DNA from: Microcoleaceae cyanobacterium
Lineage (GTDB): Bacteria > Cyanobacteriota > Cyanobacteriia > Cyanobacteriales > Microcoleaceae
Length of the DNA stretch: 64,000 bases
Reading direction: 5' to 3'
Assembly (NCBI GenBank): GCA_051652765.1
Contig: JBOFUV010000052.1
Location: 62,270-126,269, forward strand
The number at the start of each line of letters is the position of its first letter. The stretch's first letter is position 1. The notes under the pieces were generated by a model, which was not told the DNA's origin, did not search any database, and saw only the letters and a program-made list of their open reading frames with translations. Made by a program: the position numbers and the translations under genes. Below, piece after piece: positions 10,268 through 20,968 of this stretch.

Positions 10268-12847
10268 ATGGTAAATCGGGGAGGATTCGTTATTCTTGGC
10301 CTTTTATCTCTGGGATTGTCTTGGGGAATTCTGTATCCTGTGCTGGAGGTTCAGGGGCAGAATATCACTTCAGCAATTGCAAACTCTGATGCGAACTCTG
10401 ATTCCAGAACCCTAGTTGAACAGGGCAAGCAGTTGTACCAGGCTGGACAATTAACTGAAGCTGCCAGAATTTTACAACAGGCGATCGCTGAATTAACGGC
10501 CCAGGGAGATACTCTGAATCAGGCGATCGCCCTTGCCAATCTCTCCCTCATTTGGCAAGCTTTGGGGGAATGGCAGCAGGCAGAATCAGCAGTTAACCTG
10601 GCAATTAACATCAGTTTGCAGTGGGTTCAGGAGCGCCCTGAAATTCTAGCCCAGGTGCTCAACATTCAGGGTCAGCTTCAGTTCGCTCAGGGACACCCAG
10701 AACAAGCCCTCACGACCTGGAAACAGGCAACAAAACATTATCAAGAAACAGGCAACCTCTCTGGGAGCATCGCCAGTCAAATTAACCAAGCTCAAGCCCT
10801 ACAAGCTCTAGGACTTTATCGACAGGGATTGCATACCTTACAAAATCTACAAGGGGTTTTAAGTGCCCAACCCAATTCTGAATTAAAAGTCATGGGATTA
10901 AAAAGTTTGGGGGATGCCCTGCGGGTGGTGGGAGACTTAAACCAGGCAGAAACAGTCTTACAACAAGGGTTAACCCTGGCGGAAACAATTCACCCTTCGC
11001 AGCCCGAGGTGTCCCAGCTTGTGGCTGAACTCTCCATGAGTTTAGGGAATGTGGCCCAAGCCCAAGGACAGACAGAAACAGCCCTAGAACTTTACCAAAA
11101 CGCCATCAATACTTCTGAATCTGACTTAATCCAAGTTCAAGCTCAACTCAATCAATTGCAACTGTGGGTTACTACAGAGCAATGGGCATCAGCCCGTCAG
11201 TTAATTTCCCAGGTTCAAGCTCAGTTGCTAACGTTGCCTCCCAGTCGTCTGAAGGTTTATGCAGCCGTGAATTTGGCAAATCGTCTGGCTCAGATTCCAG
11301 GAACTCCTGCTCTACAACCACAGGCCATAACCCTGTTAACCCTAGCTGTGCAAGAGGCGAGAACGTTGCAAGATATCCGAGCAGAAGCCCATGCCCTCGG
11401 CAGTTTGGGCCGGATTTATGAACAAAATCAGCAGGGATCAATTGCTCAAACCTTCACCACCCAAGCCCTATTGCTGGCCCAATCTATCCAAGCCTCGGAT
11501 ATTGCTTACCAGTGGCAGTGGCAGTTGGGACGGTTACTGAAGGTGCAGGGCAAAACAGTCGAGGCGATCGCTGCCTACACAGAAGCCGTCAACACCCTGA
11601 ATTCCCTACGTTCAGACTTGGTGGCCATCAATCCAGAGGTGCAGTTCTCCTTTCGAGAGAGTGTTGAACCGGTTTACCGGGAGTTAGTCGGTTTGATTTT
11701 GCAGCCTGAAGGGTTAGGGCAGCAGCCCAATCAAAAAAATCTTGAAAAAGCTCGCGCCTTGATGGAATCCCTGCAACTGGCTGAACTCGACAACTTCTTT
11801 CGAGAAGCCTGCTTGGATGCAAGCCTTCAGCCCCAAAATATTGACCAAATTGACCCCACGGCTGCCGTCCTCTATCCGATTATTCTGGCCGATCGGCTAG
11901 AAGTCATTCTGGCTTTGCCGGGAAAACCGCTGCAGTCTTATTCAACTCCTGTCCCCCAAGCTCAAGTCGAGGCAACCGCCCGCCAACTGCGCCAAATCCT
12001 CAGACCTGTGTTTTCTACCCAACAACGATTAGAACTGTCTCAGCAAATCTACAATTGGTTGATCCAGCCAGCAGCAGCCGATCTAAACGATCATCAGATT
12101 CAAACTCTGGTGTTTGTGCTGGATGGAGAACTCCGAAATCTTCCCATGGCAGTCTTGTTTGACGGCCAGCGATATTTGCTGGAAACCTACAATTTGGTCG
12201 TGACTCCAGGGTTGCAACTGTTGAAACCCCAGTTGGGTCAAACACAAATTCAGACGTTAGCCATGGGGTTAACGGAAGCTCGTCAGGGATTTGTAGCCCT
12301 GCCTGCCGTCGGCTTTGAGATTGAACAAATTCAGGCACAGATCCCCTCAACTGTTTTGCTCAATCAACAGTTTACCCTGGGCAATCTGGCAGCCCAAATT
12401 CAACAGGGCGATTTTCCCATAATTCACTTGGCGACTCACGGGCAGTTTAGTTCTCGGGCTGAGGATACATTCCTGCTGACGTGGGACAGTCGAGTGAATG
12501 TCAAGGATCTGGATCAACTGCTTCGGAGTCGCTCAGCGGGATCGCTAACCCCCATCGAACTGCTCGTCCTCAGTGCTTGCCAAACGGCTGCAGGCGATCG
12601 CAAGGCCGCCCTAGGACTAGCGGGAGTTGCGGTCGGTTCAGGAGCGCGCAGTACTGTGGCAAGCTTGTGGCAGGTGAATGATGTTTCTACTGCATTGTTC
12701 ATGGCTGAATTCTACCAAGCTCTAACTCAACCGGGTATCAACAAAGCTGAAGCCCTGCGCCAAGCTCAGCTTCAACTCCTACAACAACCCAAGTACAGTG
12801 ATCCGTTTTACTGGGCTGCTTTCCTTCTGGTGGGAAATTGGTTATAA
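10268..12847 (+). CDS. TPR + CHAT (caspase/HetF-like) domain protein with a predicted N-terminal signal or TM segment
   Basis: TPR-like helices, FVLDGELRNLPM, catalytic HLATHG and VLSACQT, PFYWAAFLLVGNWL; ATG 10268 just after the FHA stop. Confidence 0.92.
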   Translation: MVNRGGFVILGLLSLGLSWGILYPVLEVQGQNITSAIANSDANSDSRTLVEQGKQLYQAGQLTEAARILQQAIAELTAQGDTLNQAIALANLSLIWQALGEWQQAESAVNLAINISLQWVQERPEILAQVLNIQGQLQFAQGHPEQALTTWKQATKHYQETGNLSGSIASQINQAQALQALGLYRQGLHTLQNLQGVLSAQPNSELKVMGLKSLGDALRVVGDLNQAETVLQQGLTLAETIHPSQPEVSQLVAELSMSLGNVAQAQGQTETALELYQNAINTSESDLIQVQAQLNQLQLWVTTEQWASARQLISQVQAQLLTLPPSRLKVYAAVNLANRLAQIPGTPALQPQAITLLTLAVQEARTLQDIRAEAHALGSLGRIYEQNQQGSIAQTFTTQALLLAQSIQASDIAYQWQWQLGRLLKVQGKTVEAIAAYTEAVNTLNSLRSDLVAINPEVQFSFRESVEPVYRELVGLILQPEGLGQQPNQKNLEKARALMESLQLAELDNFFREACLDASLQPQNIDQIDPTAAVLYPIILADRLEVILALPGKPLQSYSTPVPQAQVEATARQLRQILRPVFSTQQRLELSQQIYNWLIQPAAADLNDHQIQTLVFVLDGELRNLPMAVLFDGQRYLLETYNLVVTPGLQLLKPQLGQTQIQTLAMGLTEARQGFVALPAVGFEIEQIQAQIPSTVLLNQQFTLGNLAAQIQQGDFPIIHLATHGQFSSRAEDTFLLTWDSRVNVKDLDQLLRSRSAGSLTPIELLVLSACQTAAGDRKAALGLAGVAVGSGARSTVASLWQVNDVSTALFMAEFYQALTQPGINKAEALRQAQLQLLQQPKYSDPFYWAAFLLVGNWL

Positions 12848-13144
12848 TTGTTCAGTAGCTAGTCACTTCCAAATCTATTTCAAGTCTTCCTGAGGTTTAA
12901 GGTTAGGAACTTGGAAATTAGGTCACAGAGCTTGAGTTAAGGCTAACTTTATCGTTAGTCACAACTTTGTCCGGTTTTATCCTCAACCGGGTAGCAGAAG
13001 AGTAACAAAGGTTGTACCTTTTCGGTTTTTTAGTTAAGAGCTTTAGATAGGAGTTCCTTTCAACTTTTAGATTTTTCCTATCTCTTGGTGCATGTCAGGT
13101 TTTTACGCTTAATGTTTCCTTGTGCTTTCGGGGGTTAATTAACT

Positions 13145-14023
13145 ATGTTAAGACGATCTTTTTTTATTCAGGAATTTTTAAGTCTTGTGACAGTTTTTGG
13201 TGTCGGAATCTGTGCATTCCCGACCCTAGCGGCAGAGCCTCAGCGCTCTATTTCCCCTCAAAAACCCCAAGCTCCAAACTCCACAACTAGAAGTCAGTCT
13301 AGATCTCTATTTTCTCCTCAACCTAGACAACATCAGTCTAATCAATCCAAGCAACGTCGAACAGGGAGTGCTGCTTTTAAGCCTTTGCCGGGTCGGGGAA
13401 TGCCTGCTGCCACGGCTGGAGGAGCATCCCGAGGACAATGTCCATCTGTGGAGATGGGTAGTTCACCCTTGGTTGCTCTTGTTCCTGCTTTAGCAATACC
13501 TGGAGCGATCGCCCCAGAGATTGAGGGTCTGACGGTTGATCCGTTACCGACTTTTTTCTTTTACGTTGAAGGCTTGGGAATGCAGCAGGTTGCATTCAGC
13601 CTCAAGGACGAGAGCAACAATGATGTTTACACCACAGTTCTGTCCCTCTCGGAGCAGAAAACAGGGGTAATGCAAGTGCAGTTGCCCCCTGAGATCTCAC
13701 CCCTGAAAGTAGGTCAGACGTACCGCTGGTCTTTTGGAATTCTCTGCGAAGCCCAGAACCCCAATGTTCCTTCGGAGGTGATGTTTGTGACTGGAGCAGT
13801 CCAACGAATTGAACCTGATGCTGGCTTGCTGCAGCAGCTCGCACAGGCGAGCCCCTTGGAACAAGCAGTTTTATATGCCCAGAATGGCATCTGGTTTAAT
13901 AGTGTAAAATCCTTAGCAAACCTTCGCCAGTCTCAGCCAGATGATCCAATGACATTGGCTAAGTGGCAAGAACTGCTGCAATCTGTTCAGTTAGAGCAAT
14001 TAGCAACAGCGCCTCTTCTGTGA
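13145..14023 (+). CDS. DUF928 family protein
   Basis: GGASRG-x-C, PTFFFYV, YRWSF, YAQNGIWF, WQELLQSVQL; typical position after a CHAT gene. Confidence 0.85.
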   Translation: MLRRSFFIQEFLSLVTVFGVGICAFPTLAAEPQRSISPQKPQAPNSTTRSQSRSLFSPQPRQHQSNQSKQRRTGSAAFKPLPGRGMPAATAGGASRGQCPSVEMGSSPLVALVPALAIPGAIAPEIEGLTVDPLPTFFFYVEGLGMQQVAFSLKDESNNDVYTTVLSLSEQKTGVMQVQLPPEISPLKVGQTYRWSFGILCEAQNPNVPSEVMFVTGAVQRIEPDAGLLQQLAQASPLEQAVLYAQNGIWFNSVKSLANLRQSQPDDPMTLAKWQELLQSVQLEQLATAPLL

Positions 14024-14115
14024 TGCTGTACTGATGAGTTTGGGTGGTTTTGGCGATCGCCGGACAGCATTATTAAACGGCTTAGAATGGCTGATGCTAG
14101 TCATCTTCAACCTGA

Positions 14116-14484
14116 CTACGTCTGTGATTCCTTCATCTTGGATAGCAACCAATTAGCAGCAGTCGCTCGTCGGGCTTGAGTCGGAGAAAACTCCCCAATT
14201 TTATAGCCCTGAAACCCTAGCTCTTCCTTCAGCAGTTGTTTATGTTCCTGCGGAATTGAACGAGTCAACTTGACGGTTGCTGGGCGACTGTTGATGAAGT
14301 CTGGAGGTTCCGGATAGTCTTCGCGCCAATCCGACTCAACGGTTGTGATCTCCCAAGCTTGAATTTGAGGGTTGTAACAATATCCCAGATAGTTCCAGAC
14401 TAGTTGATTCACCGTAGTATCGTCTAATTTTCCGTTGAGGATGTCCCAGATTGTCTCTGTTGTCAAAGGAGGCCGTTCAGTCAT
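14116..14484 (-). CDS. DUF1823-like conserved cyanobacterial protein
   Basis: VNQLVWNYLGY, SRPATVKLTRSIP, KQLLKEELGF, RRATAANWLL. Confidence 0.75.
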   Translation of the reverse strand: MTERPPLTTETIWDILNGKLDDTTVNQLVWNYLGYCYNPQIQAWEITTVESDWREDYPEPPDFINSRPATVKLTRSIPQEHKQLLKEELGFQGYKIGEFSPTQARRATAANWLLSKMKESQT

Positions 14485-14534
14485 GATTTTAGAGCATCAA
14501 ACTTTGGGTAATGTAGGGATCTGTAGAAACATTC

Positions 14535-14679
14535 GGCGTTGCTAAATGGCGGGACGAATTCGCCCCCCAGCCCCCAATTCTGGGGGAGCCGGATTTCTCA
14601 AAGTCCCCCAACCTTGGGGGATTTAGGGGGCAAGGAAACTTACAACTCAGACAGATTCATGCCACAGTTCAGCAACGCC
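14535..14679. mobile_element. 145-bp MITE with 25-bp imperfect TIRs and an 8-bp target-site duplication
   Basis: Left GGCGTTGCTAAATGGCGGGACGAAT vs right (revcomp) GGCGTTGCTGAACTGTGGCATGAAT (19/25); AAACATTC at 14527-14534 and 14680-14687; internal CCCCC/GGGGG hairpins. Confidence 0.85.
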
Positions 14680-14718
14680 AAACATTCAATCGAACGTTTC
14701 TACAGATTTTCACTGACG

Positions 14719-15792
<1,074 letters not shown>

Positions 15793-16080
15793 TCACTGAA
15801 AGTTTCATGCTAGAGATGAAACTCAGAAAATGCGAAACTAGGCAAGACTCTAACATGATTGGTTAGGGTGCGTAATGTTCTTCTTAATCTTTTAACTCTC
15901 CTTGGGGGCAGTCCAATGCTGTGCTGTGAACGACAGTTGTGAACGACAGTATTGAGAAGAGATAGGACATTTCTTTGGGCCTGCTGATACCCACTCTAAT
16001 ACCCAGTTAAAAAAAATACCCAGTTAAAAAATCCAAAAATGGGACAATCTATCAGTTTTTACATTGATCCCCCTCAGTCA

Positions 16081-16228
16081 GGCCGTACACACAAGTCAAG
16101 TTTGCTATCGTTCAAGGCTTCTCTATCCCACAACATCTCCCCAACTCCTAATTCTAGGGGTTTTGAATAGGGGTTTTGAATAGAGGTTTTGAAAATGAGG
16201 TAAGCAGGAGGCCCCTGTACACGGTAGC
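16081..16228. mobile_element. Degenerate MITE-like remnant containing a 13-bp tandem repeat
   Basis: Ends GGCCGTACACACAAGTC and TGTACACGGTAGC resemble a recalled cyanobacterial GCTAC[CG]GTGTACACACAAGTC terminus; TAG[GA]GGTTTTGAA x3 at 16155-16193. Confidence 0.45.
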
Positions 16229-16328
16229 TTAATTAGGGAGATGCTGGAAGAAAGGGAATTTCGATCTGTAGTAAGTCAGTGGTAAGTTAAGTAATGAGTA
16301 GAGAAATTGGGATGCAGACTCACGAATT

Positions 16329-17231
16329 TCACGATGCTTTTGGGTGAGAATAGTTGTTTTTTTTCAACGCATCTAGAAAGGCATAAATTGCTGGAGAATG
16401 TAGGGATTGCTTTAAAATAGCCACACCAATCACTCGTTCTAAATAGGATGGCAGGCTACAAATTTTGATTTGAGGAGGAACAGGCTCTGCTGCCAAGCGT
16501 GGCAAGATGCCAATTCCCAATCCCTGCATCACCATGCTCACAATTGTAGAATCTTCACGCACCTGATAGGCAATATTCACCGAATTATTGAGCTGTTTTA
16601 GATAGTTGTAAATAATCTGAGAACAGCAACTAACATTGGTCATCACCAACGGAAAAGAGGCGAGTTGTTCCCAACTCAACTGGGAACTTTCAATAACATG
16701 ATTGGGTGGCAGCAACACAATATAGTCATCTCGTAAAAACTCCCAAGTTTCAAATTCTTCACTGGTAGGTAGATAAGTGAAACAGATATCTGCTCGGCCT
16801 TCCCGCACACATTGCTCCATTTCTGATGTGCCATCCATTTCCATCAAAGTAATCGAAATTTCTGGAAATTGTTGGCAAAATTGGGCAATAACGGTGGGTA
16901 AAATATGGGTTGCAACACTCCGAAATGAAACAACTCTGACCGTGCCTCCATGTAACCCTTTTTCGCGATTGGCTTCAGTTGTAATTTGTTCTAGTAAGGT
17001 CTGAACTTGCAGGGCTTTGGCAACAATCCGCTCTCCCACCGACGTGAGATGAGCCCCATAACGTCCCCGCTGAAACAGAGAAATACCCAGTTCTTCCTCT
17101 AGGGTGGCGATCGCGTGACTGACAGTAGATTGAGACAGGTTCAAGTGAAAGGCGGCCTCACTAAAGTTGCCAGAGTCTGCCACAGCCAGTAGAGCCCGCA
17201 ATTGAGAGAGTTTTAAGCGTTGAGGAACCAT
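16329..17231 (-). CDS. LysR-type transcriptional regulator
   Basis: HTH LSQLRALLAVADSGNFSEAAFHLNLSQSTVSHAIATLEEELG plus substrate-binding domain. Confidence 0.95.
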   Translation of the reverse strand: MVPQRLKLSQLRALLAVADSGNFSEAAFHLNLSQSTVSHAIATLEEELGISLFQRGRYGAHLTSVGERIVAKALQVQTLLEQITTEANREKGLHGGTVRVVSFRSVATHILPTVIAQFCQQFPEISITLMEMDGTSEMEQCVREGRADICFTYLPTSEEFETWEFLRDDYIVLLPPNHVIESSQLSWEQLASFPLVMTNVSCCSQIIYNYLKQLNNSVNIAYQVREDSTIVSMVMQGLGIGILPRLAAEPVPPQIKICSLPSYLERVIGVAILKQSLHSPAIYAFLDALKKNNYSHPKAS

Positions 17232-17268
17232 GAAATGCAAAGCCCTCCAGATCGGATAAATTCCTATC

Positions 17269-17285
17269 TATCGATTTTATCGATA
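17269..17285. promoter_or_regulatory. Putative LysR operator (T-N11-A palindrome)
   Basis: TATCGAT-TTT-ATCGATA in the short divergent gap between the LysR gene and ORF 17375. Confidence 0.6.
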
Positions 17286-17374
17286 AATTCAATAGATAGA
17301 ATCTTTTGATTGAATATTGAATCAGGGATAGATTGAGGGAGTCACTGAAATTGCTAGGGCTCTAGAGAGCGCTA

Positions 17375-17677
17375 ATGACTCATTTGAGGGCAGCATCAAT
17401 GGTTAATTTTACCTCGGATTCAGACCGTGAACATCTGGAGAGGCTTTACTTAGGTGAAGGTTATTCGACTGCACTTAACAATACCCAGTCTCAGTTCAAA
17501 ACATTATGCAATCGGTTCTGTATGTGGTTAACAGCAACAAATCGATTGAGAGTCTGGCCTTCCACTGATTCAAATGGAATGCCACTCTGGAATGCCTATG
17601 ACCCAATTACTGGAGACTCCATCTCTGATTTATCGGAGTCAGAGATGCGAGCTTGGCTAGAACAACGCATTAGATAA
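17375..17677 (+). CDS. Small hypothetical protein divergent from LysR
   Basis: 100-aa ORF with LRVW...WNAYDPITG...SESEMRAWLEQR; downstream hairpin. Confidence 0.75.
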   Translation: MTHLRAASMVNFTSDSDREHLERLYLGEGYSTALNNTQSQFKTLCNRFCMWLTATNRLRVWPSTDSNGMPLWNAYDPITGDSISDLSESEMRAWLEQRIR

Positions 17678-17823
17678 AGCCAAGGAATCCTGCTAGGAGA
17701 GCATCAGCCTAGTGGCTTGTCTAGGTGAACTTTGTCTAAATAGACTTTGCCTAATTGAACTTTGCCCACACACTTTGTAGATTAGACCAGGTAGATTAGA
17801 TTAGACCAAAGTAAAACCCAACA

Positions 17824-17853
17824 AGCCTTTGAGATCAAACCGTCTCAAAGGCT
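17824..17853. terminator. Hairpin between convergent genes (possible bidirectional terminator)
   Basis: AGCCTTTGAGA-TCAAACCG-TCTCAAAGGCT, perfect 11-bp stem. Confidence 0.65.
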
Positions 17854-17898
17854 CAACATCAATCAACGCAAACTATACCAAGTTTGGCCAACCACAGT

Positions 17899-19875
17899 TT
17901 AAACAGAAGCTACAGAGAGTTGCTCAGGGAAGGTGGCTTGATTTGCATCTTGTTTTTCAGTTCGCAACTCTTTCTGAATAGAAATTGCCTTACCAAGAGA
18001 CGAAATCGCCTCTTGATAGTTTTTGAGTTTAGACAATAGGGCTCCCCGATACCGCCAAGCTTCAACATGATCAGGTTTGAGGGCGATCGCAGTGTCGTAG
18101 GCAGCCAAGGCATCGGACAGTTGATTCAGTTTTTCTAGGGCCTTACCCCGACAACACCAAACCTCAGGAACATCTGCCTTGATCTGGATCGCTCGATCGT
18201 AGGCTGCAATGGCTGCTTCAGGCTGTTGAGAGGCATCCAAAACTTCTGCCTTGCCTAGCCAAGCGTTATAACAGTCAGGCTGAATTTGGATGGCATTTTC
18301 ATAGGAGACAATGGCTTCGGTAGAATGTCCCAACTGGGCTAAAACAGCGGCCCGATAACTCCACAACTCAGCCGAATTGGGATGAATTGCTAGAGCTTTA
18401 TCATAGGATTGAACTGCTTCTGTGTATCGCTTTAACCGACAAAGGGCTACAGCCCGATTGAGCCAAGCTTCGGATTTTTGGGGATGAATAGCGATCGCCC
18501 GATCGTAAGATGTTACAGCGTCTTCGTAATGCTGAAGTTTTCCTAAAGCATTCCCACGATTATGCCAAGTCTCATACTTATTCGGTTGAATTGCTAGGGC
18601 TTTATCGTAGGATTCTATGGCTTCAGCATAACGCTTGAATCGTCTCAATAGGACTCCCCGATTATGCCAAGCTTCGTCATCATTCGGTTGAATCGCTAAC
18701 GCCCGATCATAGGATTCTAATGCTTCAGGATAGCGTTGTAATTTTACTAAAACATTGCCGCGATTATACCAGGCTTCTGACTTGTTCGGATTGAGTTTAA
18801 GGGTTCTATTGTAAGCTTTGAGGGCTTCAACATAGGACTGTAATCGGACAAGGGCGTTCCCTTGCCCATACCAAGCCAAATCGATTTGAGAATTGAGTTG
18901 AACTGCTTGTTTGAAGGCAGAAACTGCTTCAGAATACTGTTTTTCATTCATAAATGCCTCGCCCTGCTTCAGATAATCGTCCGCAATAAAAGAGGGCTGT
19001 GGATGCACTGAAAATCCGTTCTCTAACGTCTTGACAAATCCTGCGTCCGAACAATCTAATGTCTGTTTTCCGTTGAGTGAAGGTGACTTTAGTTGAGCAG
19101 AATAACCGTGAGTAGAAGAACTATCAGAATGAACCGATGATAAAGATGAGCCGTTCTGTTGAGAGCTATGATTACTTGTCTCTAAACGAGCTAAATTCTC
19201 GATTTCTTGAACTGCTTTTTCTTTGGAGGCTTGGACATCTTGAAGAATCGTTTGGAGTCGATGAATAAATTGATCTTGTAAGTCTTTGATTTCATCAATA
19301 GAAGTTCTAGAGGCTTCGGCTTCTTGCTTAAGAAAATCAATGGATTGTTGAGCCGCTTTCACCTGCAGTTCTAGCTGTTGAACCAATCGCTTTGATCGTT
19401 GATTAGAGGTTCTCAAATGTTTTTCTAATTCTTCAACTTTATCCAATTGTTTGCTGGCTTCAACAACAAGTTCTTTGATCACCGATCGTCGAATCAACCA
19501 AAAGAAGGTCATGGTTAGCATCGGCAACAAGGTTGCGATCACAAGGAGACTGTTTAACAGGGCAACGGTAGGATTAAACTCGGAATCTGTAGCTTCAGTT
19601 AGATTGAACTGGGCGACCTGAGCTGAATCTGTAATCGCTGAATCTACAGTCTCTGAACTTGTAATTCCTACAGTAAATCCTTGGCTTAAAATCTGTTCAG
19701 GGGGACTTACAACGGAATTGAGCAGGGGAGCGGCTGCTTGGTGTTGTTTTTCCCTGGGTTCTTCAAACATAACATCGGATTGGTCAATTTCAGCAACAAT
19801 CGGCTGAGCGTTGCTAGGATGCTCCTGGGCTGCAATGGCAGCTAAGGTCAAAAGCGTTACTGTAGAAAGGTTCAT
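17899..19875 (-). CDS. Membrane-anchored TPR protein (signal/TM, coiled coil, about 10 TPRs)
   Basis: TM LLNSLLVIATLLPMLTMTFFWLI; repeated AW-x-NRG...Y-x-EA-x-x-SYD[KR]A motifs. Confidence 0.9.
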   Translation of the reverse strand: MNLSTVTLLTLAAIAAQEHPSNAQPIVAEIDQSDVMFEEPREKQHQAAAPLLNSVVSPPEQILSQGFTVGITSSETVDSAITDSAQVAQFNLTEATDSEFNPTVALLNSLLVIATLLPMLTMTFFWLIRRSVIKELVVEASKQLDKVEELEKHLRTSNQRSKRLVQQLELQVKAAQQSIDFLKQEAEASRTSIDEIKDLQDQFIHRLQTILQDVQASKEKAVQEIENLARLETSNHSSQQNGSSLSSVHSDSSSTHGYSAQLKSPSLNGKQTLDCSDAGFVKTLENGFSVHPQPSFIADDYLKQGEAFMNEKQYSEAVSAFKQAVQLNSQIDLAWYGQGNALVRLQSYVEALKAYNRTLKLNPNKSEAWYNRGNVLVKLQRYPEALESYDRALAIQPNDDEAWHNRGVLLRRFKRYAEAIESYDKALAIQPNKYETWHNRGNALGKLQHYEDAVTSYDRAIAIHPQKSEAWLNRAVALCRLKRYTEAVQSYDKALAIHPNSAELWSYRAAVLAQLGHSTEAIVSYENAIQIQPDCYNAWLGKAEVLDASQQPEAAIAAYDRAIQIKADVPEVWCCRGKALEKLNQLSDALAAYDTAIALKPDHVEAWRYRGALLSKLKNYQEAISSLGKAISIQKELRTEKQDANQATFPEQLSVASV

Positions 19876-20968
19876 AGACTGTTTGAATAATTTGCTCTGA
19901 ATAGGGTAATGAAGTGTGAGATTTTATTCATCTTTACAAGGTTGAGCTATCTGATCAGGATTCCTCAAAACAATAAAAATAAAGAACAAACAGTAAACGG
20001 TCAGACGTAGCTGAGCAGCATTAAACTCTCGGAATATAATCAGCCATATATTTTTCTGCATAAATGGCTCTGCATTGCATAATTTGCTAATTTTGTCAAG
20101 TAAAAGCATGACACTTTATCAACTTCCATAGAAAAAAACTGAGCAGAGGTCAGGAAGAAGCTATACCTGTAAGTAATATCACCGAAGTAAACGAAAAATA
20201 GCAACGCGCAGCGTACTAGTAGAGTGTGTGAGTCGCGTGCAGGCATACAGCTTTTTCAGACCCAATAACTCGTGTAGATGTGTCTTTTTGAGTAATCGTA
20301 ATCTAGTTTGAAGTGTAAACAATGAGTGGGTATCTAGCTCGTACAAGTCTTTGGCTTGAATTGTAGGTGTTTTATCAATCGTTGCTAGTTGCTACGTGGG
20401 GGTTTAGGCCATCTAAGCACTCTGAGTTTGTCTAGCGGATAAGCTTTCCAAACTTTCGCTGATTTCTCAAGGTTTTCAGTTGGAAGATGATGTTGCAGAG
20501 CAGCATTCAAGAAAGACATTGAATCCAGATTGAAGCCTCAGTCAACCCATGAGACTGAAAGTAAAAGTAAGTACTTTTCGTTAGATTTTCCAGCTTGAAT
20601 TGGTTTTCATACTAAAGCTCGAGTGACGATTTTATCTAAACCCGCTTGGAGATTTAGATAAATGCTTTTCTTTGCAAGACTACTTTGAACTTACGCCAGA
20701 AGTCTCTTTCTAAAAACACTTCTGGCTTTGTCATCGCTCTAATTAAGCCACATATTTCTTATGTTTTAAGCCTCAATAAATTTTCTTCCAGACCAAGGAT
20801 GAAATTTTCAAGCCTGGTTTGGGTATGCTAAGCAGAGTTTGTAACTAGACTTGGCTTAAAGCAAGTTACTAGAAAGTGCGAGTTCTCTTACAGCTTTCTT
20901 AAAACCCTGTGAAGTATTGAGGTGCGCTACCAGTCTAATTTTGGCATTTGTAGGTATTTTCTAAAGCT

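Noticed and set aside
20561..20574. GTA-N8-TAC possible NtcA site
   Set aside because: Lacks the usual flanking T/A, no clear -10 at the expected distance, and such a match is likely by chance in AT-rich DNA
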